DNA of 64,000 bases. Source: Cirrosporium novae-zelandiae (Eukaryota). How positions within the stretch are numbered: position 1 is the first letter of the stretch; every line of letters begins with the position of its first letter. The stretch covers positions 1 to 64,000 of the forward strand of contig JAPETS010000020.1 of NCBI GenBank assembly GCA_026023565.1, written 5' to 3'. A program made the position numbers and the translations under genes. Positions 34,201-46,902 of the stretch are shown here, in pieces. The notes under the pieces are model-generated. The model was not told the DNA's origin. It saw only the letters and a list, made by a program, of their open reading frames with translations, and did no database searches.

Positions 34201-37200
34201 ATGGGATTATATAACTCCCGGACGGGAAATAGTTCCATCACCTAAAGATAGGGAGGGGGGGTAACAATGGGGAAAGTGAGTCGAGATGGATTTACTGCTG
34301 TTGGAATGGTGCAAGGAATATGAGAAGAGGGAGGGGAGGTTGGATTAGAGATCCTAGGGTTTTGACAATTTTGATGGAGAGGTTATTATGTGAGCTTATA
34401 ATGCTTTTGGGCCTTAAATTTATCATAATCGGATTTATGGTAGTTTTTCTTTATTTGGACGTGAGGTGGCGAAGGAGATAATAAAGATGAAGAGGAGGTG
34501 GAGGTGGAGGTGATGGTGTTGTATTTAATGTGAGGGTTTTCTTCGGGGTTGTTGTGTAATTCCATTGTTGTGGTTAGTGAAGATGGGTGTTGGAGAATAA
34601 ACTGTTGAAATAATGACCACGAGGCTAAAGGGAAGAGAACGAGGTGGAGGGAGGGTTGTTGTTGTTGTTGTTGTTGTGACCAATCACCAGCGCTCTTGGG
34701 AATCGAACCCAACCTAGTATTTATGGCATCTGACAGTTTTGACATAAGGATGTCACAAATGCCATTTTAGACACCCGATGTTGTACAGGTCCTCAGTCTC
34801 ACGAGCAGAAATAGAGTTGTAATCCTATGGATACCCTGGCCAGTTTCCAAGGGCTAATAAATTTAGACGTCCAGGAAAAGCAAAGACATTTAGAAAAGAA
34901 GACATGTAGACCTATGAACAATTTGATTCATCACACTGGTGTCGGTGTTCTTCTCCAGTATCAGTAATTATTCGGTTTGAGGATATGAATTTTGATCATG
35001 ATCCTATGTTAGTAGGGTTGACCTTTGAGATAATGCATTCATGGCTGAGATCAGTGATATCGTAGGAAGATGACAAGTCAAATTGGAACCATATATAGTG
35101 AACTTGATTATAAGCACTTTCATCATCGAGCATTTGAATCTGTACCAGGGTAGGGCCTGTCAAAAAGCATTGCTTTTCTTCATCCTAGAACTCACCTTTA
35201 TTAGAGATGAATAAACAAATGAATCTCTGGGTTAAAAAGCAATAGCCTTTAAGATAAGGTCAACATCTTTCTTGACAGGCTGTCATGGACGTACAGGACA
35301 TGTACCCAAATGAATTCATTCCTTCCATACTCCAATTGCAGATTCTGTTCTTGGTCATAAGATATGTTATGCTTATTAGCTAGTAACTAGACAACAAGCC
35401 ATGTTTCATGATGATGGATATGACCAAGGTTAGGTGAAGGCGGTGGGCTTGGAATTGAGCTTGAAGAGATGCTGGGACCTGTTTACTGTGGTAGGATTTC
35501 CCCACCATACTCTTATCTTGTTCAAGTCATCAGTTGGAATCCAGTCCAAGCGTTGCATAAACAGTATCCTGGGACAGAAGCTTTTTTCCACAAGCGCCAG
35601 GAGGTGGCAAAATCTTTAAAAAAAAAAAATACAAAAAGCAGAATATTATTATTTTCAGGGCACCGCCACTAAATACCGACAGAGCAGTTTTGAAACATGA
35701 GGCTCATCAGCCCCTTTTGACTTTAACTCGAACGGTGCGACGAAGGATGACGGTGCCAAGGATCCAAGTTCAATTTCCCACCGGTTGGATTGTGGAGAAA
35801 AATATGTTGTCTCAAGTAAATAGATGGATGAGGGATGAAGGATGAAAAAGGCGAAGACAACAATATGTGAATTAATCTCATTAATCTCCCGGGGGGGTAA
35901 AGAGGAAATTAATCTCGGCCATAATTACCCTCGTATCCTACTTTTTTGTTATCAGTTGTCGGATGGAGCCGAATGGGATGATTAAAAGGCGGCCTGAGAG
36001 ATGAGCCTAAGGCCGTAAATCAAGCTTTTGACTTTTTGGTAATCCAAAGTACGGACCACCTACTGGATGCAAATTATGTATTTTTATTCTTTTTTATTCT
36101 GTTTTATCCTGCTTTATCCTGTTTTATCCTTCACTGAACACGCGTATTGTTACGTTTAGTTCATCGTCTCGTACGATATATGCAGGTCAAAGGCACATTT
36201 TGGAACTTCCCCAGTTCATCATCATTCAACTGTTGGCCATGTGTCAAATAATAGTTATTATTCCGAAGAGCCTTGCCAGATTCTCCGATATCTCCATTTC
36301 TAGTCTTAGACATTGAGTAATTAATTAATGAAGTGGCCAGCCAGCATGACAGGCGGTTATTAGACCTATTCCACCGACTCCCATCAAAATCTACCGAGGC
36401 CATTTTTGTCTCAGCCACTTTGGTTCAACCAACTCCCAACGCCTTGATCATCTTTCGCTCATCCCTCATCCCTTTGCTTACTACAATTCGTATTAACTGT
36501 TCGCTACTAAAGTAGATCAGATTTGACAGCCCTACTTATACTTTTGGGTCGTGTTGGAAGATGTGAGATTCAGATGCTGACATTTGACCGCGTGGCCAAA
36601 GATCAAGTCAAGTCTAGCATGATAGGATATAATAGGATCCGAGGCCAGCAAGAATGAGGAGAAGCCAAGAGCTATTTCAAGACGCGTGGAATATAAATAC
36701 ATCACCATTACTAAATGGAAAACCAATGTCGAATATTCTAGCTGTCAGAGCCACCTCTGGAACCACGATATACTTCAACTTTTACAAACTTCCATAGCGA
36801 AGGTTGTTGTCGTTGTACATTGATCGACAACAGTACAAAGGACCAATACTTGGGAATTAGATCCCGCATCCTGAAACATCTCCGGCTGGTCTACGGATAA
36901 CAATGACACCCACATTCCATAGAAAGAGAGAAGAAAGCCGAGACAAGCCTTCTATGATAATAAATTCCTTATAAGTTTTTGTTTTGTTTTATTTCATTTT
37001 TCTCCGGTCCTGATGTCGGATAGATGCATGACGGAAACAAAGGTCCAAAGCTTATACAAGGTCAAAGGCCCTTGTGACACTGTTGAGGGTTGAGGGAAGA
37101 AGAGTAGAAATGGGATGGATCGGATGAAGGAGCAAATTCATGATTCACAAGTAATTAGATGATCATTCGTCATTATCATGGATAGTTTTACCACAGTACG

Positions 37201-38351
37201 GTGATTGAATTGGCATGATAGACCAGTAGGCGATATTTCAGGTTCTTTGAATAGGCATTGGCCGTAGGTGAAAGGTAACCGAGAGTTATTACCCATTGAG
37301 GATTAGTGTAGGTCAAAATAGGTTAGAAAGGACTTAAATTTGGCTTAGATTGGGGTTGTCCTATTTAACCCTTAGGCTCCTTTAGCTTAGCTTTGCCGCT
37401 CATTCCAAGAAATCTGAGATCAATGCCTCCCTTAGCACTCCCTTAGCACTCCCTTAGCATTCCCTTAGTTCATCCCTCCCCCAGTGCCCCCAAATCCGGT
37501 CCTTGCCATCCCAGAACAGTTCACCAGTTCCAAAAAAAAAAAAAAAAGGTTCACAGACGTAAAGAGAGAAAGAGAAAATAGTGAGAGGGGATGCCAACAG
37601 AGTCCAGAGGTGCAATACATCAATACATCAATACACCCCAATACACCCCAATACACGAATCATACCTATGCCCATCCCCCATCACATCCCATCCCGATCA
37701 ATTAGCTTCACGCTCCACCTTGTTACTCCCTCGTTCAAATCTTCCCATTCCCTCTTTTCTCTTGTAACACTAGAAGTAACTGGCACTTCCAAAAGATAAT
37801 CTGCCTTTCCACGTCGACCCCCCCCGGCTCTTCCATTTCTAACCTACATCCTTTCTTATCTTGACTTTTTTGTTTCTTTAGTTCGTCTTCCTGTCACTGT
37901 CGTTTCAATTCATTATACGGACAATTGGTGAAGACCATGTTGTCTGCTTTCTAATCCCGCAGACCTATTGTAATTCAATGCATTATCATTACACAGGTCA
38001 TGAGGGGATAGGAGGCTGCCCGAAGTTGGCATTTAACAAAGGTATGTTATTGTCGTCGTCCCTCCGACAACAATTCTCGCAGATATCGAAGACACTTACT
38101 GATGACGACTAGCTTCCCTTGCAAAAGGGTGGCTAACGCTCATTCCAGACCCATCTCAATACAACTGCTACAATCGTACATCGATCTCTCACGCCATTTT
38201 CTCTACATTACATCAGCTTCCAGAATCATTTGGAGAAGAAACGGGGAACCTTGACAGAATCCACCAAGCTATTGGTAATTCACCCCAATAACTACAATCA
38301 CTATATCCTATACCTTATATAAGTCCCGAATCTCCGGTTCCTCCAAGAACG

Positions 38352-39882
38352 ATGAAGTCGACATTTACAACTTTCGCTTTATCAGCATGGCTACTTGCAA
38401 TCTTTGTTACCCTGGAGGGTGTAGACGCCCTGGATATGGCATACTGTTCGAGCGATAATACCGGTTCCGACAATGATGAGAGTAAGTAGTTCTCTGCTCC
38501 AAGGCTCGAAAGAAGGAAGGTTCTAACAGCTTCAAAGTGACGAGTACCTACCAGTCAAATGGCCTTTGCTATAATAATTGTATAGATGACTATGCTTTTG
38601 CTATCCTACAAGCCAAAGGTTGCTGGTGCTCAAATTATGCTCCCTCTGATACTGTCAAAACCTCCAAGTGCGACGACGCCTGTCCAGGTTATCCCTCCGA
38701 CACATGTGGCAATAGTGACGAAGGATTGTATGGCTATATTTCCTTGACCTTGAGTCCCTCAGGGACCCAAGGAGCATCGAGTTCCACTTCAACAACTACC
38801 AGCGATACGGTCAGTATTCCAATCCGCTATCTCTCCTTCCTACCCTACTTTCATTGGAGTGTTTTCTAGGGGGTTCAAGGCTTATAAGAGCACCTTTTAC
38901 TTTTTTAATTCCATAGCTTTTCATTTTTCGGTCGTAGCTATTCCTATTTCTCATTTTCAAAAATTTCCAATTTTGACAGCTCCCCTGCAGAGTTCGTCTT
39001 CCACTTCGTCTACTTCAACTTCGAGTTCTACTCCGGAGGAGATTACCGTGGTTCAAACTGTTACTGCCTCGCCCATTGGCGAGTCATCTACGGATTCTCC
39101 TGTATGATCCCTCCTTTCTTATTGTTTCTTTATGGACTCTATATTTCAACCGGAGATGAAAGTATACATTCAAGTATATAAAACTAATATGGTCCAGACC
39201 ACTACAAAAACAGCCACCACTTTAAAAACCACAACCACACATACTTCTACCTCGACTACCTCTACCGACACATCCACTGATGATAGTACTGCAACATGGA
39301 CACCTACTCCAGTAATTTCCCTTGTTACCGTGACAGGTCACGTACAAACAATGACAGTGACCCCAACCTCACCTCCAACTTCTTCCTCAACCTCTTCTGC
39401 AGACTCCAAGTCAAGTGGACATTCGTTCTGGTCCAGCCCTGGAAAGGTTGCGGGGACGTTTATCGGGATTGGTCTGGTGGTCATTGCAATAATAATCTCT
39501 GGGTTCTTATACCTTCGACGCCGTTCCCAACAATTAACCGGAAATCAAACCGTCATGTCCGACGACCCTCTAATACGCAACGGAAGCAAACATAGTAATT
39601 TCACACTATCTTCGGGTGAAAAATTGGGTGGGTTTGGTCGCGGTGATTCTGAAAATAGTGGTGAGCCGGGTAGTTCTTCCACGAACCGCCAAAGCTACCT
39701 TCGCAAATATGATCAAAGGCTAGAGCCCACGAGAGTATTCAAGGCCGAAAACACCAGTCGAATAAGTCTTCAAAGCTTTCAAGATGATCAAGACTATTCT
39801 CGACGTGTACTAACTGTGAGTTCTATAAGTCATAATATTATATTTTTACTAACAGTAATAGGTTGCAAATCCCGATGCATAA
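38352..39882 (+). CDS. WSC-domain cell wall integrity sensor (Wsc1/Slg1-like; 5 coding exons)
   Basis: Signal peptide; Cys-rich WSC domain (YCSS...YQSNGLCYNNC...CWCSNYAP...CPGYPSDTCG); Ser/Thr-rich rod; single TM (VAGTFIGIGLVVIAIIISGFLYL); cytoplasmic DQRL...DYSRRVLTVANPDA*. Confidence 0.93.
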
Positions 39883-41357
39883 GCATATCTGATATCTCTT
39901 CCGTCCAACTGAGTGCTCAGAGCGAACCGTAATATGGTCTCGGGTTTTCTGGACTTCTGCAACCCTACTTGTACTCTTATCATTTTCGGTTTTAGCGTTG
40001 GTCATACCCCAGAGGCGTTTCCTGGAACTTTACAAGGCTATGACTATTTCCAAGTCTTGCACATAAGCCGGCAAAAATGGACGGCAATTGGCGTTGTTAT
40101 TCTTTAGAATTCCCTTGTTTTGTTTTGTTTTTTTTTACATTCTAGCATATGGCCTCGGTCCAGAAACCCCACACTTTTGGGTGACCTTTTCTGTTAGGTT
40201 TTAAGATTATCCCATATTACCGCCATTAATATGTTCGGGAGTTGCTTCTGGAGAAGGGGGTGGATGATGAACCAGACACAAGCATTTGATTCTTGATCGG
40301 TTTAACGGATTGACGAAAGAGAAATCCCTCGACATTAGGAGGGACGTTCATTACGAAGAATACGAAGCGGGATAGGAATGTCTGAGAGGAAGATTCGAAA
40401 GCGAGATGGGGGAATATGTCTGTCTGAGGAAAGATGCGAAAGCAAGAATTAAAGTGGCTAGGTGATTTTTTGAGTCGAGAAGGGGGGGAACGGAACGGAA
40501 ACGGGAAGGGAAGCAAAGTAAGCGTAGATAGGAAAATGCAAACAAAACCCGGACTGACTTGACTGTGTCATATGTCCCCGATAATTTTTTTTCCCTTTGT
40601 ATTTCCCTTTGTATTTTCTTTTTTAATTTATTGGGGGGGGGGGGGGAGAGAAGAAGAAGTAAACTTACCTGTATTATTCTAATTCATTCAATATTTCAAT
40701 ATCAAAAAGAATTAGAAGAAGAAAAAAGGTCCGGTGCTTAATATCCTTGGTATTTCCGTGAGTGAGTGCAGGTGAGTGAGCAGGTTTCTTACGTGGCTTC
40801 CAAGCATCGCCCTCTCTCCTTCTCCCCATCCTCCTCGCTCTCATCTTTTTATTCATCATTTATTCCACCTAGGTGTCTATTAATTTAAGCTTGCTTTAGT
40901 TGCCTGCTTACCTGATTTTTGTTTTGTTTTGTTTTGCGTCTATGCCTGTTCCTGTTCCTTGTTTTGGTCCACATACATTACATATTGAGTAATGAATTAC
41001 ATAGCACCGTGTTTATTTTCTTATCCGTGTGGTGTGGTGTGTGGTGTGTGATATTGGTGGTGCGATATCGTAATCCCGTATTCGGATTCGGATTACTGTG
41101 GTTCCGTATCGTATCGTATTTTTTTTTTTTTTTTATCTCTGAGGGGTGAGTAAGAGGGAGGTAGTTTTGTTTGCTTTAGTAGATTCTGGTTGGTTTGGTT
41201 ATTTGGTTTTTTTATAGCATGGTGCACAGTGAGGAAGGGAGAGAGAAAAAGAGAAAAAGAGAAAAAGTGAAAAAGAGAAGAGAGAGAAAGAGAGAGAAGG
41301 GAGGAAAGAATGATATATTTTGGAGTGTCATTCATTCACCCAATTCATGCCCCTTGG

Positions 41358-41391
<34 letters not shown>

Positions 41392-44300
41392 CATAATTTT
41401 ATAATTTACAAGTTTATATAGCTTCTCTTATCTTATTGAAATTCATTATGAGTACATGAAGGGGGGGGGGGGGGGGCACGTACTCCATCCCTTCATCACT
41501 CCCCCCCCTCTATCTCGAACCTTATCAATATTAAATTATACTTTGCTACCTGATGGGGATGGGGATGGAGATGGAGATGCTATATCAGGGGAGAGTGGAG
41601 AAGGGGGGGGGGTAACAAACAACTCTACTGTGTAAATAAATAAATGATATATAATAGATATATATATGTGTACGTGGCTATATTATACCCAATGTTATAC
41701 CAATGCTATATACCGATGTTATAATATCAACGTTGTTGTCAATGCTATATATCAACCGGGGGGGGGGGCCTCGGATGGATGGAAGGGTTATTATATAACT
41801 ATACGAAAAGATAACCAATGTACCATAACTCTATAACTATACTATACTATACTAATATAGTGTTATGATATATATACATATATGTATATGCATAAAGAAT
41901 CTAAGGTGTTGTCCATGTCCATGTCCATGTCCATCCATCCATCCATCCACATCCAAGTTTCAGATATTAAAAATCCTCAACTATTATTATTTATTATTTA
42001 TTATTTATTATTTAAACCAGTTTGTTTAGATATTTTGGATGCTTTGCTTGGTTTTATTGAGATTTTGGAGTGAAAGCAACAAGCGTAAAGGAGAAAGGAA
42101 AATAAGAAGAAGAAGAAGAAGAAGAATCTATTATTTATATGTATATATATATCTATTAAGAAGAAGAAGGAGTGGTAGGAAGGAGTAGAAGGAAACATCA
42201 ACACTAGGAGGAAGGGAACAGCAACAAGTAGTAGTGAAAGGAAAAAAAGGAAAAAAAGGAAAAGATGAAACGAAAGGGGGGAAAATAAGAATAACAATAA
42301 AGTCTTTCTTATCTACTTTTTCATCCACTTTTTTATCCATCTACTTATATATATATCCAATCCCAATCCCAATCCAACACACACAAAAAAATATATATAT
42401 ATATATAACTACAAACGAAGACAAGGTTACTAGACCATAAGGTTACTAAATCATCCATCCATCTAATGTTGTGGTAATAATAATAATAATAATAATAAGA
42501 ATAATAATAATAATGTTATAACAATAACCAAACTCCCATCCCCCCTTCCTCCCTTTCTACACGTTCTACACTTGAACTCTACACACTTTCATTTATCCAC
42601 CTATCCATCCATCCATCCACATATTCTTCCACCCCATCTCCATCCCCATCCCTTCCCTTCCATCCCTCACCTCTCCCCATTCTTCTCATATTCCCCTACT
42701 TCCTTTTTTCCTTCTTTTTTTTCCCCACCCTTATAAAGGATATGGAATTTTGGTGATGTGATGTATAGAAATTAGAAATTAGAAAAGAAAGCGAAAGCGA
42801 AAGCGAAAAGGAGAGGAGAGGAGATAGGAGAGGAGGGAATATACATACATAGGTAAAGGCAAAAAAAAAGAGGGGGGGTGTTGGATCAGATCGGTACTAA
42901 ACTCATCGCTCTGGGATTCTCTGGGATTCTAGATTCCTTAAGTCCTTTCTGGGCATAGCATCCACATCTTACATTATTATTATCATTATCATTATCATAT
43001 TATAAAAAAGTAACAGTGAGTGAGTGAATAGATTAAGGATACGAAATACGAAATGCAAAGACTAGAGTGGAGTAGAGGGTTAGGAGGGTTGGGGTATTAA
43101 GGGTTGGGGCCAGAGAGTTGGAGCCAGAGAGTTGGGGATGTTGGGGATTAAGGGGTAGGGATAGGATGGGATAGGGATAGAGATAGGGAAGGTCTACAGT
43201 AGGTGTGGGTGTGAGCCTTTCGTGATTGATAGATCTGACGGATGGTAACTGTGGTAATTGGCTTTTGCGGTAATTAAAAGCGTATAGAATAGGATAGGAT
43301 AAGGAGGGTGTGGGTGTACAGTAAGGTCCTATAGTAGGTATAGGTTTAGGTCTAGGTGTGGGCTTTTCGTGGAAGATAATTACCTAGATATGACAGATGG
43401 CATCTGTGGTTTCTGTGGTAGTTGGGACGCGTAGAATAGGATAGGGGGGGGTATGGGTGTGGACTTTTCGTGGTAGAGACGGCGGATAGCTTCTATGGTA
43501 GTTAGAGGATAGGGAGGGAGGAAGAGGAAGAGGGAGAGGAAGAGGAGGGGGCGAAACATCACGTCTATGATAGAATAGATAGTGAGAATGTCATGTTTAT
43601 TCCATATCATTCCATCCATCCAACCATGTGTAGTCCCCCCCTCGTGAGATGCAACATACATCTCCATCCATATATCACTTAGGTACTCATCTATTAAAAT
43701 TCAAGTTAAAAAGAGGCATACCCTTCAGGGGCGCTGGGAGCCCGCTGTTTAGGCTACAAGCCCCCGAGCGATATCCGCAATAACCTGAAGGCAACATGCG
43801 GACAATAAAATAAAAAACATATTCATATCATGTCATTCGGAATGATTCTTTCCTTCTATTTAACATCATCCATCAACCGGATTAGGCAACACACAACATA
43901 CGCACACTTTAATAAAAAAAATAAAAAAAACCAGCCACCCTTCCAAACACACAATCAAGAAGACACACGGAAGAAAAAGACGAAGAAAAAAAAATATTGA
44001 TAGAATTTTTCACAGTGAAAAAGCAATAGCCAACCTGATCTGATCTGCCGTAAGTTACTATAAGTAATCGCATCGGTGGTATTTCGTGCTCGTTTGCTCA
44101 TTGCGCGCTCATGTGATTGTAGCTGTAGCTGGGAAAAGGAATAATAGTGGCTTAATTTGCAAAAAGATGCATTTCCTCATCGTTGCGCGTACGCAATGCC
44201 CGTGCCCACAACCTACAATCCACAAAAAAATAAAAGAGAACGAAAAGTCATAACAAGGTCATTAAGTGTGCATGGTCCATGTTTGTCATCAAACAAGTTC

Positions 44301-44393
44301 CAAGTTCCTGGCCATTTCCCAGCCGTACTCATCCATATCCATATGCATCGGAACAATTCCCTTTTCATCATCTTTAGTTCAATGCATCATCAC

Positions 44394-46125
44394 TTAACGG
44401 TATCGAGGTGCATAAACAACTTCTCGCTCCGTAATTCGCTCCTCCTCGGGCCATGGCCTTTCTCTCCGAGATCGAGGTGGATGTACATCACGCTCAAATT
44501 TGATTTCTTTGATTCGTTCACGACGATCACGACGCATGTCCTCTGAGAGTGATACAAGTTGTTCGACGTCCTCCTGTGAACCCGTATATCAGTACTAAGA
44601 ACATCGAACGGGATAGCATTCCCAGGGCAACGGGAGCGGACTTACATAGCGTAGATATTCCATAACATAGAAGAAATCCTCTGTTTCTTCATAATCGTAT
44701 CCCATAGCTTCAATGGCGTCCTTAATGACAAGATCCTTGGTGATCTCTGTCCACATGCTTTCGGTTTTCGGCTTAACGCCTACATATCGTCTTCGATCGA
44801 TGCTAATTTCCCTCTCCCTTTCTCTGGCAGGTGGTGGAGATAGTGGATACTCGACATCCGGACCAAATTCATCACCATCAGTAATAAACTTTGACCTTCG
44901 CACGCCATTGTATCGTTGCCATGTAATCTCTTCTTTGCCACCACCAACACCTTCCATCTCCACTCTTTTTGTTCCTGGTGGTACATCTACGATAGCCCAG
45001 TCTTTGGTTGCACCATTGTAACCCTCGCCCATATATGATCTTTCCCGGTTCTTTCGATCATAATACTCTGCCTCTTCGGCAATAGCTCGCTCTTCCCAAG
45101 CGGGCCTGCGGCGTGGACCAGCAGAGGCGGAACGACGACGGGGAATCATTGTCCAGTCATCTTCACGATTACGATGGCGGGAATCACGATCAATAATTAT
45201 TTCATCATCATATTCACGACCATCGGCACGGGTGCCACGGCGGCGAATCTCGATAGATTCATCCACTTCACTGCGAGGAGCTGGTGGGGGTGGAGGTGGA
45301 GGAGGGAGTGGAGCGGGGGCGGCGGACATGGGACGTGGTGGAGGAACCACTTCGAAGCCTAGAATGGTTAGTCAGATTTGAGACACCAACCAGTAGCAAG
45401 TATGACTGACCATGATCAATATGACGGTGATGTGTGATAACTTCTTGGTGGATTGGTGGAGCACGGATGATGGGAGGCTCTGGCATGGGTTCGGGTGGAG
45501 GAGAGGGGGAGGGTGAGCTTGAAGGAGATCTCTTCTTCTCTCTTCGAATAATAATTTGTTCGCTTTCCTTGGGAGGTGGTCTTTTCTCTCGTTCTCGAAT
45601 TGTGATTTCTTCTCGTTCTTCTAGTCGCTCCCGAGGCGGGGGTGGTCTGTCTCCTTGACCTCTTCGAATGACAAAGTCTCGAGGTGGTGGCCTTTCTCTT
45701 GACTTGGATCGATCTCGAATGGTGATTTCCTCTCTCTCGACTTCTCGTTCTCGAGGACGATTTCTTTCGGTTCGTTTAAAAACGATTTCATCATCGTCGG
45801 CCCTCGGTCTTGATTGCCTTCTTGCAATAATTTCTTTGCGTTCTTCGACTACCGACCGAGCTCTCGGGCGTCGATATTCAATATCTTCGGTTTCTTTTTG
45901 ACGTAAGACCAACTGTCCTGAACTTGCACGAGGATGGTCTTCACGAAGAAAGTCTAGATTTCGATCGCGTGCTGGCTCACGCTCACGCACAGGTGGGGCC
46001 GGGGCAGGACGACGATGGTATTCATACTCATCGAATTCTCTCACTTCTCCCCCTCGACGAGGATCGCGATTACTATAATAATCACGCTCCTCATAGAATT
46101 CGCTTGGAGGGCCTCGACGAGACAT
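44394..46125 (-). CDS. Conserved fungal Arg/Glu/Pro-rich protein of unknown function (3 exons)
   Basis: IIRAPPIHQEVITHHRHIDHG, WAIVDVPPGTKRV, WTEITKDLVIKDAIEAMGYDYEETEDFFYVMEYLRYEDV; two GT-AG introns maintain the frame to ...APRYR*. Confidence 0.88.
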
Positions 46126-46902
46126 GATGACGACAGTGATGAAGGGTGATAGTGAAGATGAAGATGAAAGCAGAATTTAGCTTCCAGGCAAAATGAAAAC
46201 TCTACAAGTGTTTGAAAAGTATTTCTTTTTGTTGGTTCTGAAAGGGGATGAGCGAAGATAGTATATGATGAAGAGACTCGAAAGTTTGAAGAAGATTGAA
46301 TGTCAACGAAAGTAGTGGGATAACTAAATGTTGATAATGGTTGGAAGGAAGAAGAAGTTGAGGGGGGGGTCTTTGGGGGGGGGGATAACTAATTTAGGTG
46401 GAGGGGCTGAAGTCAAGTGGGATAAGATCAGGCTGAGACGGAGCTTGGCGGTTGAGCAGTTGAGCAGTTGAGACTCAGAAGTTCCCAGTTGTGCCACTTA
46501 GTGCCAAACCTGCCAGTAAATGGGCGTACCATCTGACGCAATCGTGCATTCAAGCAACCATCCAGTCCTTTCTACCCAATCTCAACTTTTGTTCCTCAAT
46601 ACACTCATAGTGTAAGAAGAAAAAAGGTCGGGCTTCCATTATCTAATTATTCTTTTCATCAGGATTTTGTCCTGGTCGTATCATGGTAACAATGACGGGA
46701 GTTCCCGGTCTTCCCGCAAAGTCTCTGTAAATTGTAAATCCTCATTCATTCCCACCACTGCCCAAAACTCCCCCCCATACATACATGTACATACATGACA
46801 TATTAATATATCCATCTTCAGTCCAAATTCTAAATCAAATGTGGGTATCATATTTCATAGCAGCCAATCCTTTGAAGAAATCCCCGTTATTCGTGGCTTA
46901 GA

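Noticed and set aside
34386..34745. 119-aa poly-Gln ORF
   Set aside because: It is driven by (CAA)n and low-complexity sequence with no recognisable domain.
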